Numbered from the whole stretch's first letter, positions 12,718 to 25,802 are shown. The stretch is 63,960 nt of DNA, filler included, from Octopus bimaculoides (GCF_001194135.2; 6 parts of 5 records of this genome joined end to end with filler, not necessarily neighbours in it); one strand, 5' to 3'. The notes: a model not told the origin generated them from the letters alone. Numbers and translations: made by a program.

Positions 12718-13267
12718 AAGGGAAATTATCCCAAATCCATTGGTCTACAGGTATCGCTACGGCTGGAAAGGGGAGCGGTTAATTCATTACTCACAGTATA
12801 CGTACACATATCATGTATCAGTAGCCAACGGGAAAAAATGTTTTCTTGGGGCTAAAATATAGTAACGTCTTCCTATGTAGGACTGCCATTTTACATTGCA
12901 AATAGACTTTACTGTTCGGTACTGTTACTACACATTTCTCGCTCAGTGATTTAAAACTAGCTGTTTTCTCTTTACGAGATCAACGACTGTATGTCACTTT
13001 TAAAATATATACTTTGAGCCATGTCGAGTGGCTGCTATCTCTAGCCGGCGGTTCTCCTGTACTGCCGAAAGGAAATTACCCATAAACTATTGGTCTACAG
13101 GTTACACTACGGCTAGAAAGCGAGAAGTTGACTCCCTTGCTCACAGTGTACGAGCATAGATCATGTGTCAGTAGCTAAATGGAAAAGATGTCTTCCTGAG
13201 GTTAAAAAAGTAGTAACGTTGTACTATGCAGGGCTGCCATTTTATGTTGGCAAATAGACTTTAGTGT
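12718..13267. repeat. Diverged direct duplication of a ~200-bp unit (12718-12915 and 13068-13267)
   Basis: Collinear shared blocks: ggaaatta, attggtctacagg, ctacggct, ctcacagt, tcagtagc, agtaacgt, ctgccatttt, caaatagacttta. Confidence 0.8.
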
Positions 13268-13959
13268 AAATATATATATTGATATAAATATAAAAACGAG
13301 AGAAAGAGATTCGTTATCAATTTCAACAATTGTTTTAACCTATCTTTCATTGGTTCCACGTGGGTGCGATACTCTATAATTGGTTGTGATTGATAACGTA
13401 TCTCGTGAATTCCATTTTCTCTTCCTCTCATTTACTCGATGGACGCTTACGAATTCGTGAGGTAGATCTCGGAGCGTTCATACATAATGTTGATGACACC
13501 ATGTAGCCGTAGAGAAGGAAAGTAATTTAATCGGCATACTACGAGGTTAATTCCCAAGTTTTAAATAATTATTTAAATATAAGTATATATACGCATGTGT
13601 GTGTGTACATGTGTGAGTGAGTGTATGTTTATACATGTAATGTATGTATGTGTGTATGTATGTATGTATGTATGTATGTATGTAGTGTATATGTGTGAGT
13701 GATTTGGTATTTCCTCTTCTATATATGATACAATCTCTGGTTTGTAGTCGATGCTTTTGCTAATGGTATCGTTTGATCGCAGTCCACTGGGAAAGACTTT
13801 TTGATTTGTCTTCCTATGATGCGCAATTTTTGAAAACAAAATGCTCGTTTTCTCTGGCTCTGATTCTCCGCGGAAGCATATCCAAACTGTTTGTTGTTTG
13901 ATATATCAGGAGTTTATTACATCTTGGAAAACAGATAGGATTTAATGATAGAAAGACCA

Positions 13960-15180
13960 TGCAACCTTATAAAACTGACCTGAATACATTCTTCTCCCGT
14001 GAACATATGTGATTCTTTTTACGCCCAACTTTTCTCTCAATGCGTTTGTACTTTGTTGTCCATGTACACAAAGTTTGTACATCCAACAGGGCATGAATTT
14101 TTTTTACATGTCCACTACATTTAGACCCCAAATCTCACAATTATGTAGCGTTGCTGTACATACACAACAATCCGTTTTTATTCTGTGAGAGAAACATTTT
14201 GCTTCCTACAGAGGTAAAAGCTCCATGAACTTTCTACCACCTGTAGCCATAATTTCAGATCAACATTTTCCACTGTTAAGTAATAGAAACTAACTTCTAT
14301 GTCTAGGGATCTGCCTGGACATTTGAGAAAATCTATCTCTCTTACACTTTTAGAAGTTATCAGCTGCATATGAAAGCTACCTTCTCTGTTAAACTGTCTG
14401 TGATACTATTGCAACTCTTGTGTTTCTATAGTTTGCACTAATTAGACCGTATGTAATTTGTAACAGAAACTCTGTACATGATTGTGTGGCTGTCATAAAC
14501 CATTCATGTACTGCTAGTCCCTTTTTTACCACCGGATCCCAAAGTAAGGAGTTCTGTCAAAGGCTTTCCGCTGGTTACTGAATGTCAAATTCAGCAGCTT
14601 ACTTTTATCCAAATCCTTCTCCTTACTTACTTCACCAAAAGCAAGGCTTTTTTAGTAATTGTCCATAGCACAAAACCAAACTATATCTCGGCTAGTCTAA
14701 CTTTTTCTCTAATTACATGAGCTGCAGTTGTTTCCATAAGTTTTGTGCTCTTGTACAGCAATTTTATTCTTTTGTATAATTACTTTTCTATAGCATTTCC
14801 TTTACCCTTGGAACAATTCATTATAATGCTACAATGCATGTCATTATGCATACTACTTTTCTGCATAATCTGGTTGACTATACAAGTAACTAAACCATAT
14901 CCCAAACTGTCAAGGATTTTAAACATTATAGCAGTAACTCCTAATAGTTCATGGGGTTTCTCCTGATTTCGTATTCTTCAGTACTTTATCGATCATACTG
15001 CTAACATCTGGAATAACAAGTCGCTCTGTTGGGTCCACATTGGGAAGATCTTTCTTTCATCCAATCTCCACATGTAATAACCTTTAATGATAGCACTTTT
15101 AAGCTTTTTTCTTTTCAGAATCACTAAGAGCATTGCTATCGATCCATACACGCCAACATGAAAAATAATAGCCAACTGTA
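13960..15180 (-). pseudogene. Degenerate RTE LINE RT fragment
   Basis: Minus-strand pieces DLPNVDPTERLVIP..KSGETP, KGKGNA, QFGFV-like, KAFDR and ..NALREKLG.., all with stops or frameshifts. Confidence 0.75.
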
Positions 15181-15335
15181 CAAAAAATGAAAAAGTATGT
15201 GAAAATATTCACAAAGACCATGTAAAACGTTGCTGCTATAGAAATCAATCGACAACATAATGAACTGATAATTGGATAAAATTTCTACAAACAGGTGTTG
15301 TCAATAAAAATAAAAAGAACATTAAAAACAATTAC

Positions 15336-15417
15336 CTTCGCAATTTTCGGGTTACCTTTTTCAAACTTTACCTCACCAAATTCATCACATGAATTAATTT
15401 TTTTCTTAGTGACAGAT
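15336..15417 (-). CDS. TRPM: Upstream exon of the same TRPM-like gene
   Basis: Acceptor ttatttggtttag, donor AAG|gtaatt, 82 nt, phase 2 to 0. Peptide SVTKKKINSCDEFGEVKFEKGNPKIAK resembles the TRPM N-terminal TDAFGxIxFxG...K segment that precedes YVRVS. Strand and order relative to the 2464-2603 exon are correct. Confidence 0.65.
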
Positions 15418-15679
15418 CTAAACCAAATAAACAATCGAAGTAAAATTCTGATAGGAAAGGTAGAGAATGGTAAATAGCAAAATCAAGAGATAAAGAAGAG
15501 CCCTAATGAAAACTATAAATATTTACAAATATAGAGACATAAATCCATACACAGAAATAAAAAAATATATTCAAATTTTATTGAATAACACAATGACTAA
15601 TTTTAAACGAACTGAATAGGAAAAACAAAGAAATATTTTGCAATCAAAAGTAAATAAAGAAAATGGAGTACACAGTGGA

Positions 15680-16030
15680 ATAGTGATGCCACATCTGGGA
15701 TGGTACTGCTGCTACACATACAGATATCAGAAAACCACATTCAGAAAGAAATCACCAATCCATGCCAAATACTGACAGATAGATTTGCTGTGTCCTCTGT
15801 TTGTCTTTTCTACCACTACTACAATAGCCTCTGCTCCTCAAAGCTGGTTGGTCTCTTGTCACCTTATCCAGGTAACACTGATACATACGTCTCTTTTTTT
15901 GTCACTCATATTGTGTCCATTATACTAGCCCCCACACTAACAATAATGCCTCTTCTTCTGAAGTATTATTCCTACCCTGGAACTCCCTTCCTGCCCATAT
16001 TTTATTTCCTGAAAAGGCCTTGTGGACAAA
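15680..16030 (+). pseudogene. L2/CR1-like LINE C-terminal fragment
   Basis: RFAVSSVCLFYHYYNSLCSSKLVGLLSP resembles the HRRxVASLxLFYRYYxGxCSSEL motif at the end of ORF2. Confidence 0.5.
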
Positions 16031-18042
16031 ACAGTAAAAAAAATATAATAGTAAAAAAAATATAATAAAAATATAATAGCTAAGTTAATTTAATATCTAT
16101 TAATATGATTAGTAGTGTGTCTCTCTTTATCTCTCTCTTTTTTCTGCTACCCCCTTTGCGCTTGTCTGTCCCCTAAAGAAAGAATATGCTGGTCTTATTG
16201 TATTTATCTCCCTTGCTTACTATACAACTAAAGTCATATGAAAGGTAATATTGGGAGTGTATATTTGTCACTGCTAATTGTATCGTGTATATTTGTCACT
16301 GTTAATTGTATCTCACAAATGTAATTAATCAATATATAAACAGTATTTCTGTTATGGGTAACATATAATTATTACAAATATACAAATCGGAAATATCTAT
16401 TAATCTTTTATACGTTTTGATTTTTAAAATATTTTAATTCTGAAAATTAGCATCCATTTCATTAGTATTCATTTTCTATGAAATTTGGAAGAGAGGCAAA
16501 ACATATATATTCCCAGCATTAGCCATCATACGATGGGTTAAACAGTTGTTAATTAATAATACTTATACAGTAAGTAGAGAAAAGAACATCTGCAGAGAAG
16601 GCTAGTCTTTGCTGAGGAAATCTAATTAGACCAAAATATGTAAACAGTTATTGTAGTAGAATCATTAGAGGGTCACAAAAAAATGTCTTGTGGTATTAGT
16701 TCCACCTTTTTATATATTAAGTTCAAATGCCACTGAGATCAGCTTTGCTTATTATCCTTCTGGTGTTAACAAAATAAAGTACCAGTTAAGTAATGAAGTT
16801 GGTGTTATTGACTAATTCTTTCACCTTAAACTATTGGCATTATACTTAAGTTAGAAGCAAATTTCTCATCACTACATTATCATATTATTAACTTGATTGC
16901 TATTTTCTCTAAATATGGAGTTCAATCATTATAATAATAATGTTTTGATGTCTTCTCATGTACAGCATTGTAAATCAGCATAAAGATTCTCTTATATTTC
17001 ATTCTATAAGTATGAAGAAAGTTATGTTTGTCTGAGGAGAAGAGCAAAGTATGCCAGGAACCAGGAATTGCATTAAATTAGTATCAGACATTGAGCTAAT
17101 GATTTCTTGATATTGATTAATATTAATTAAATTTTTCTCAGTATTTTAAATATAATGCAAATAAGGTGATGACGAGGTAGAAGTGTTTGAGCATATTTCT
17201 TCTGGTCTTTAACGTTCTGAGTTAAAATCCTGCTGAGGCCATCGTTATCTTTCATCCTCTTGGTGGGGTTGATAAAATAAAATAGCAGTCAAGTACTGGG
17301 GTTCATGGTATAGATTAAACCCTTCCCTTAAATATTGCTAGCCTTATGTTTAAATTAGAAAATGCTTTCACCCTGATTAGAGTTAGGGGATGTGTGATGT
17401 GATGACTATCATGACATTTCCTTGACACAATTGTTTTGGGTTCAACATTCAGCCTCAGATCAAGTCATTTGACAAACACGTACAACACCAAAATTAATGA
17501 ATATATTCATCTGTGGACGCGCGCACACACACACACACACACAGACACACACACACACACACACACACACACATCCACATGCCCACACATCCACATGCCC
17601 ACACATGCACAGAGCCTGTCAACATACTGGTGGAGTTTACAAATTTCTCCAATGCCAGAGTTCATACACCAACCAAATTCTACAATTAACCATTAGGTCC
17701 AGCTATAATTAGCCATTAATTAGTTTCCTCTAATTTTTTTCTTTCTCTTTTCCTCATCCTTTCTGCTAAACCTGATTAACTCTCCCTTTGTAGCTATTAT
17801 CTCCCTTTGGAACTTAAAATTATTTCTGTTTTTCTCCAAGTCCTTCCTTCATTTTCCATCCACCACAAATGTACATACACACATATTCACACTATTTGAA
17901 TCTTACTCCTTCCCTTTCCCATATAAATACTCTATGGAGACACACACCTGTTACTATTTACTCTTTCCTTATTTCTTTTTACCTGAGTTCCACATGGACA
18001 TCAACAACTTATCCCCACTCTCCTCTACTAGAAATCACATAC

Positions 18043-18080
18043 CTTCCATCACTTCCTGTATCCATTACCATGATGACTAT
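18043..18080 (-). CDS. Candidate first coding exon of the TRPM-like gene (M-V-M-D-T-G-S-D-G-R)
   Basis: Strong acceptor gttttatttcag and donor AAG|gtatgt. One frame is open, contains two ATGs and ends in phase 2, which joins the 15417 exon in frame. No homology support. Confidence 0.4.
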
Positions 18081-18589
18081 CTGAAATAAAACATGGATAA
18101 TCCTCTTCTCCTTCCTTTCTTGTTCTATCTCTCACTCTCCCTCTTAGAAGAAGTGTTTTGCTTCAATCTTTGTTGTCTTTTTCCATTTCTACTTGGCTTA
18201 AAATATTGTCTTTGCTTTATATTATCATATTTTTGTTTCTTTGAATTATCTTTCCTGACGTGGACTAAGTGGATTCATGCTTTGATTGCTGCCTAACCTC
18301 AATAACTTAGAAAGGAGAGGAAACTGGAATCTATAGAATTGTTAAGTAACAATAAACTAGACATGTTGATTTTCATCCCAAACTGCCAAGGTAACATGGG
18401 TTTCATGTAGCCTTTTGAGATTTATTCATATTTAATAATATGTTAGAAAAAATAGTAAAGTTCTTATAACCATATATATTGTGGTGGTTTGAATTCATCA
18501 TCCATGATGAAGTCATCTTGGTTTCTTCATACACTATTACTATCAAATATCTTGCCAGAAAAGTAAAATTTCAAAATCAGTAAATATAT

Positions 18590-18808
18590 ATCTCTCTCTC
18601 TTTCTTCCTTTCCCTCTCTTTCCTTCTCTCTCTCTTTCTTTCTTTCTTTCTCTCTCATTCCTTCTCTCTTGCTTTCTCTCTCTGTCTTTTCCTGTCACTC
18701 TGTCACTCCGTCTCTCCCTCTTTCTGTCTCTTTGTCTGTCTCTCTCTTTGTCACTCTCTCTGTCACTCTCCATCTCTTTCTGACTCTCTCTCCCTCCCTC
18801 TCACTCTC

Positions 18809-18860
<52 letters not shown>

Positions 18861-18895
18861 TTTCCCTCGCTCTCTTTCTCTCTCTCTCCCTCATT
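18590..18895. repeat. Compound (CT)n/polypyrimidine microsatellite
   Basis: Directly visible. Confidence 0.95.
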
Positions 18896-19462
18896 CTATG
18901 CTTGAATATAATTAGGAACATCATTAGCAGATGTTATGGATTTCCCACTGAGTTTACAAATCGGTTTCTACTTTTGCTTAATTTACATCGATTTGTTCCT
19001 TAGACAATAGTGAAAGGAATCAATATCACAAATACTAACTTCTTTCACCAATAAAAAAAAATGAGTCTGATTGTTAAAACTATTAATGCTATAGCTGTCT
19101 TAAGAGAGATAAGTGTAGACAAATGATGGGTACCAACCAAACTTTGCTTTTTTGATCCCTCTGTTGGTTTCAATCCTTCAACTATTCATGAATAAAAGCA
19201 ATGATGTAACAGAGTACGGTTTGAAGTATAGCAATTTAGTATATTTCCAACACATTACGAGAATATAGAAATCAACAATTGATCTTAAGAGTTATCTCCC
19301 TTGGTCATTAGGGTTTATTAACATCCCCAGGAGAGGTTTTTATCTACTAATCACTGTATAATCTCAGCAAATCAAAAATTTTGATCACATATACTATTAC
19401 TGAAACCCTTCCATATATGCACTTATATGTTATCAGATTTAGGGATGTATTTCTGGCATTAC

Positions 19463-19494
19463 CTCTCTTTTTCTGAAGTGTCAATATCATCTTC
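19463..19494 (-). other. Candidate 32-nt micro-exon (5' UTR or alternative coding exon, EDDIDTSEKER)
   Basis: Acceptor tttcttttattttcag and donor GAG|gtaatg. Ends in phase 2, so it could join 15417 directly but not 18080 in frame. Confidence 0.35.
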
Positions 19495-20792
19495 CTGAAA
19501 ATAAAAGAAATGATATGGAATGTTAGAAGGAATGATGGAGTTTCAACTTTTCACATTAATGCAATATCGTACAACAAATTATACAGAGAAGCCATAATTG
19601 AATACAAGCAGTACAAGATATGAGGGTAACCACAATTATCCGGCCAAGACAATCCAATCCATATTAATACAGATATACATGATTTCTTCTTTTCTTATTT
19701 ATAAGTTTTACTATGGTACACTGCTTTTCACACAGGATTTGAATGAATGAAATCTTCTGGTAAGAAACAGTTCCACATGATGTTAAAAGAATTCCATTTG
19801 ACCAATTTAAACTTCTGTGTAAAATTTGTAACAAATGTCAGACTGGGAAATTTATAATGATACCTCTAAAAATGACTAAAAAGAAGAGTAGATGGAATAC
19901 AGACAAAAAAAAAACTAAGTGGTCTGTTATTAAATAATTTGTAGCCTCCACAAAAATAAGACACTTTATAAACTTGGTCTTGTTGAGGTGGATTCCGACT
20001 CCACCACCCGATGAATAAAGGTTAACAGGATCATTTCTATTAAATAGAATAGACAACTGCCCAGTCATCAGCAATTGATTGACAGCGATTAATTGAATAT
20101 GGCACATTCAAAACCAACAAAGTAATTGTATGCTAATAATGTTCCGTATCTGATGCATTGACAGATTTGGCAGAGATAATGGAGGTATACTGAGAAAGGT
20201 AAGACTAATTATGAGACACTGGAAGAAATAGTGAACTGTGACATGAGGATGCAGAGTTTAACAAATTAAATTATGCAGAATCAAGAGGAATTGTGATACA
20301 CAATAGAATAGACCTATGCAACAATGCGTCAGTACAGAAAAATTGATGTTTAAATGATAATGATGATGTTTAATAGTATTTATCATATTAATTGTTTTAT
20401 ATGAAGCACATGAGAACAATTTTATGAGAAGAGAAGTACATATGATAACTTCTTATTCCTTCTCAAATAGAAATTGGAACTAGGAATTGAAAGTGAGAAT
20501 TATAACCAAGTCAAGATCTCAGTTCTCTGGGTGTTTGTCTTCTAATGTGAGAGGCATAGGAATGTTCAACTAGTGACTACATTCTTCAAAGTCTCTCTTC
20601 CTTTGATTATGAAGCCAGTACAATTCAACTTCTATACATTCTCTCATTATTTTCCTCTTTCTTCCCATTAAACAGAAACGATACCAAAGTGGACGTTGGT
20701 GCTCAACACAGTCCTCCAAATCATTGGATTCTATTGAATTATCCAATTCATGCCTGCAAGGAAGATGGAGGTTAAATGATGATACATAATTA

Positions 20793-20840
<48 letters not shown>

Positions 20841-20842
20841 CA

Positions 20843-22099
20843 CAGGGGTTGGGAAAATAATGGAAACACCTTAAAACTTCAAACAAATTTATTTTAATTG
20901 GGTAGGACCGCCTTTGGCAGTAATTACAGCTTGAATGCTACAAGGTATGGACTCCTACAAAGTTTTAAATTGTTTCCAAAGGAATTTTTGTCCATTCATC
21001 AGCTAAAACAGTCTGGTGGAGGATATCGACTCCTTACTTGCTTTTTTAAAATGCATCACAAATGCTCAATAATATTGAGATCTGGGGACTGCGGTGACCA
21101 GATAAGATGTTCAACTTCACTAGAATGTTCCCCATGCCAATCAGTAACAACTTCAGCTGTGTGAATTGGTGCATTTTCATCCAGAAATATTGCGTTTCCC
21201 TCCGGAAACAGTTCCATAACTATAGGATAAATTTGATCAGACAAAATGCTTAAATAATCTTAACCATTAATTCTGCCATGAAGGGAAACCATTGGGCCGG
21301 TGGATTTCCAAGCTATAGTCCCCTGAGATCATTACAGTTCCTCCTCCATGTTTAACAGTTGGAAGGAGGCAGTCAGGGTCAAAAGCTTCTTTTGGCTGTC
21401 TCCACACATATACTCGACCGGTGGTCAGAAATAAGGTAAAGGGTAAAGGATGACTTGTCTGAGAAAATAACATTCTTCCACTGCTCTAGGGACCAATTCT
21501 GTATGGTTGTACTCCACTCTAAACGCTTTGCAATGTTTGTTTCTGAAAGTAGTAATCTTCTGATTGCAGCCCTCTCATGAAATCTGGCTTTGTGCAGCTA
21601 CCGGTAAACAGTTTTGTGGAAACTGGGTTCGTGAGGTGGTCATTAATCTCTTCAGTAATTTTGGGAGCTGTACTTTGTGATCCTTTCTAACAATTCGCAT
21701 AAGAGTCCGACGGTCACTATCTCAAAGTCTTGGCTTTCTTCCAGAGTTTTATTTCAACGAGGAGACTTTTCCTTCATTCTCAAAGGCTGTCATTACTTTC
21801 AAGACAGTACTTCTTGATACACCAAACATTTCGGCTGTTTTCCTTACGCTAGCACCTGCCATACAAGCACCAACAATTTGACCACTTTGAAAGTCTGATA
21901 GATCTGTCATTTTAATGAATTTTAATTACCTTTTTCTGATGATATCTGAATGGAAACAGCAATTTTAGCAAAACATATTATGTAACACTAATAATAAAGC
22001 AAAAAACATAAAAATAAACAAGCTTTTGACGGTTTTATAGATATTTCAAAATTATGATGCTATGATGCTAGGTGCTTCCATTATTTTGTCCAACCCCTG
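20843..22099 (-). mobile_element. Tc1-family DNA transposon, ~1.26 kb, both TIRs present, transposase disrupted
   Basis: TIRs CAGGGGTTGGGAAAATAATGGAAACACC and its near-complement ending at 22099, inserted in (TA)n. Transposase runs from ATG at 21910 (MTDLSDFQSGQIVGAC...) through TVKHGGG, FLDENAPIH and WSPQSPDLNIIEHL to ~20890, with frameshifts. Confidence 0.95.
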
Positions 22100-22123
22100 T
22101 ATATATATATATATATATATATA

Positions 22124-22524
22124 TTACTTGTTACATTTGACTGTAGCCATGCTGGAACAACGCCTTCAGTCAAGTAAATCGACTCCAGAACTTATTCTAT
22201 GTAAGTCTAGTACTTATTCTATCGGTTGCTTTTGGTGAACCGCTATGTTACAGGGGCGTAAACATATCAGCACCGGTTGTCAAGCGATGTTGGTGGGACA
22301 AATACAGATACACAAACATACATACACACACATATATATACCTACACACACACACATATATATGATGGGCTTCTTTCAGTTTCTGTCTACCAAATCCACT
22401 CACAAAGTTTGGTAGGCCTGGGGCTATATTAGAAGACACTTTCCCAAGGTGCCATGCAGTGGGACTAAACCCGAGGCTAAGTGCTTGGTAAGCAAGCTAC
22501 TTACTGTACAGCCACTCCTGCGCA
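22124..22524 (-). mobile_element. tRNA-derived SINE, family B (internal microsatellite, L2-like 3' tail)
   Basis: Collinear with copies at 28775-29182, 33418-33793, 41025-41440, 43246-43634 (+) and 50238-50556. Head GCGCAGGAGTGGCTG..GGTAAG, B-box-like GGTTCAGTCCC. Confidence 0.85.
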
Positions 22525-22597
22525 TATATATATATATATATATGGTGCACCAGCATGACCGCAGCCACTTGGCTGAAACCCATAAATAAATAAATAA

Positions 22598-22641
<44 letters not shown>

Positions 22642-23279
22642 ATATATGTTTGTATGTGTGTATATAATATAGTAAGGCTTCAACAATTCATATAGTACTG
22701 AATCAGTTAAGAAAGTAAAGATATTATTTATTAGACTGAATTAGAAACCCAAGGGAAACAGACATGAACAAACCTTGTAATTATTCTCTTTGTACACAGA
22801 GAAATAAAGGAGAAGGTCCTGACATGTTTAATAAGTCATTGACCACTCATTAGATGTTATTCATTATTCATTATTAACAAATGCATGGTATGCAAATTAA
22901 TCTACCTATTACAGTTAAGTTCAAATTTGTGTTGGATTGAAATAACAATTGGTTTGTTTTTAATTTCATTTATATTCCATTACATTGGCATCTCACTTTA
23001 CTCTTTCTTTTCCCTCTGTCCGCTTCTCTTTCTTTCAATCAGCCTCCTCTTGACTATATATCCTTAGTTTTTATTCTATTATTATCTATAAATCATATCT
23101 ATATTTAAGCATTAGAATCCACGACTTAGAAATCTTGTGTTCACCTTTATATTTATACTTTTATTAGCATGACAGAATAAAGAGCTCCTTTCTTTTGAAA
23201 AGTGATAATGTAAATCTCAGACAATGATAAAATTTTCAGTTTTATTGTTATAATCATAAACTTCATTTTATAGGTTATT

Positions 23280-23447
23280 TACATTATTTACACTGGACGG
23301 ATATGGGTCTTCATCTTGTTTGTTGTTACCACAGCGTTTACTTTCTGGCCTTCATCGGATGTCTTAGGGAATTTTGAACCTAATCGGGGGGTTCTCATTC
23401 CTAAGGTATTTTTTGCCAATGTTGTTGTTGTTGGTGGTGGTGGTGGG

Positions 23448-23509
<62 letters not shown>

Positions 23510-23945
23510 TATTATTATTATTACGAATTCAAGGCACTACATGGATTTGTACTCGGAATCTTGGGGTCAGTAGCCATGGGCAATTATAGAGTGAATTTTA
23601 GGGCTTTTAAACCTGATATTTTTATATCCTTCAATAATACCGGATCCCATATTCTACACATATCTGCACAAGGTCTGCTTAGGAGATTATTGTGTCCTAG
23701 CAAGTTGTGTTCTAGCATCCTGTGGGATGAAGTTAAAATAATAGACGGAGAACACCACTGGAAAATATGAAAACTAAAAGAGGCAGGACATTTGCTAGGA
23801 CAGATGAATATGGGAACCGTTATTAAGGAAGGATACAAAAATATTATGATTATAAACGCTAAAAATCACTCTATAATTGCCCATGGGCATACAACATAGT
23901 GGTTAATAGCGAGTTCAATTGCAGGTAGTGCCTTGAATAAATAAT
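23280..23945. mobile_element. Penelope-like terminal-repeat fragments: hammerhead-like piece (23280-23420) plus an inverted pair of a tRNA-containing repeat (23520-23705 / 23785-23945)
   Basis: The arms share ttcaaggcactac, ccatgggcaattatagagtga, atatttttRtatccttc, cggWtcccatattc and tgtcctagcaa in opposite orientation, flanked by (ATT)n and (TAA)n. The Penelope assignment is inference. Confidence 0.45.
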
Positions 23946-23946
23946 G

Positions 23947-23996
<50 letters not shown>

Positions 23997-24349
23997 TATT
24001 GAATAATTACGCATACACTCGAACGTGTACACAATGATATATACGTTTTGATACCCATAGAACTACACATGCATCTTAATGTTTACACAACTACGTGAAA
24101 ATCACAGGACACACTCACGCATACGAAAACACATATCACAAACGAAGCAAAACCAAAACTTTTTTTTTTTTCTTTCTTTATTTTCATTTTGTGAACAAAC
24201 ACAGACAGTGAACCATTCATAAGTTTAAAACGCCACACACNNNNNNNNNNNNNNNNNNNNNNNNNNNNNNNNNNNNNNNNNNNNTTAATTAATTAANNNN
24301 NNNNNNNNNNNNNNNNNNNNNNNNNNNNNNNNNNNNNNNNATTGTTAGC

Positions 24350-24769
24350 AGACCGGCTCGAACAAAATGCTTCGCAACATTTCTTTCGTCTTCACGTTCT
24401 GAGTTCAAATGCCGCCGAGGTCGATTTTGCCTTTCATCCTTTCGGGATCGATAAAATAAGTACCATTTAAGTACTGAGGGGGAGGGTCGATGTAATGACT
24501 CGTCCCCTTCTCTCAAAATTTCAGCCCTTGTGTCAATAGCAGAAAGAATTATTATTATTATTATCATTATCATCATCATCATCATTATTATCATTATTAT
24601 TATCATTATTATTAGCGTTCAACATTTGGTAGTTTCAGGGAAATTTCTTCTGCATCGCCTGCATTTTGTGTTCTTTTTTGTTGTTGGGTGTGTGCAAATT
24701 CTTCCTGGTATTGTACTGCGTCAGTTTCTTTTTTTATTATTACTATTATTATTATTATTATTATTATTA

Positions 24770-24819
<50 letters not shown>

Positions 24820-25065
24820 TATAAAGTATGGTGCAGTTTTTCGTTGTATTAGTGTTTGTATTGTACGTTGTGTGTATAATGCGTTGGGTATCCAATCTGC
24901 TGGTGGTACTTTATTTCATTGAATATTTGCTGTATAGGATGTGCCTTGTGGTTTGTGGATTTTGTTTAGGTTGTATTATTGAATTGATAGTGTCTTGCGT
25001 AGGATGTGGGTTGTTCCTAGCAGTGTTATTTTTTGCATTGTGTAGTGTCGAGGATCCGGATATTA

Positions 25066-25130
<65 letters not shown>

Positions 25131-25720
25131 ATCATCATCATCATCATCATTATTAGGACATGGGGTTGGCAGAATCGATAGAATGTTGGTAAAAAAAAAA
25201 AACCTAGCGATATTTATCCCAGCTTTATATATTTTGAATTGAAATCCTGCCAATTTCCACTCAGTCTTTTATCCCTCCGGAGTCGATAAAATAAAGTACT
25301 AGTCAAGTACCGGGGCCGATACAAAGGGCTAAACCTGCTCACCTCAAAATTGCTCGCTTTGTGCTTAAATCGAAAATAATAAAGGCGGCGAGTTGGCAGA
25401 AACGTTAGAGCGTGTGACAAAATGCTTAGCGATATTTCTTCCGGTTGTTTACATCCTGAGTTCAAATCACGCTGAGGTCAGCTTGGCCTGTCAAATCTTC
25501 GAGGTCAAGCAAATGAAGTATCAGTCAAGAACAGGGGCCGGTGTAATGCTTAGCAGTATTTCTTCCGGCTTCTTTACTCTCTGAGTTCAAATACCTCTGA
25601 GGTCGACTTTGCCTGTCATTCTTTCGAGATCGATAAAATGAGTACCAGTTAAACACTGGATCGATGTAATCGACTAGACCCCTACCCCAAAATTTCAGGC
25701 CTCATACCCTTAGTAGAAAG
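24350..25720 (+). mobile_element. Cluster of family A tRNA-SINEs (Meta/MESC-like core) at 24350-24545, 25165-25370 and 25383-25720, interleaved with (ATT)n
   Basis: Head GGCGGCGAGCTGGCAGAA, B box GAGTTCAAAT, core GACTTTGCCTTTCATCCTTTCGGGGTCGATAAA..AAGTACCAG. Confidence 0.85.
24820..25065 (-). pseudogene. R4/Dong non-LTR retrotransposon 3' end
   Basis: TMQKITLLGTTHILRKTLSIQ* matches the C-terminus at 63030-63087. Embedded in (ATT)n. Confidence 0.7.
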
Positions 25721-25721
25721 G

Positions 25722-25802
<81 letters not shown>

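Noticed and set aside
11553-12855. Long ORFs of 300-470 aa in the ORF track (also near 27.7-29.1, 51.1-52.1 and 52.6-53.4 kb)
   Set aside because: They consist of X residues translated from N gaps.
14993-15180. Good acceptor followed by an ORF with a TM-like segment (LAIIFHVGVYGSIAMLL...)
   Set aside because: Another frame is clearly the RTE pre-RT region, continuous with 13960-14970.
19736-20198. Plus-strand micro-exon-like signals (19736-19759 and 20165-20198), a possible antisense transcript
   Set aside because: The first has stops in all frames and the second has a weak acceptor; such signals are expected by chance in AT-rich DNA.
20570-20790. 99-aa minus-strand ORF with a good acceptor
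   Set aside because: It overlaps a degenerate family D repeat end (atcatcatttaac...).
24285-24296. TTAATTAATTAA centred in 100-bp N blocks (also at 44344, 49889, 58501 and 62809)
   Set aside because: A scaffolding spacer with stops in all six frames; not biological.
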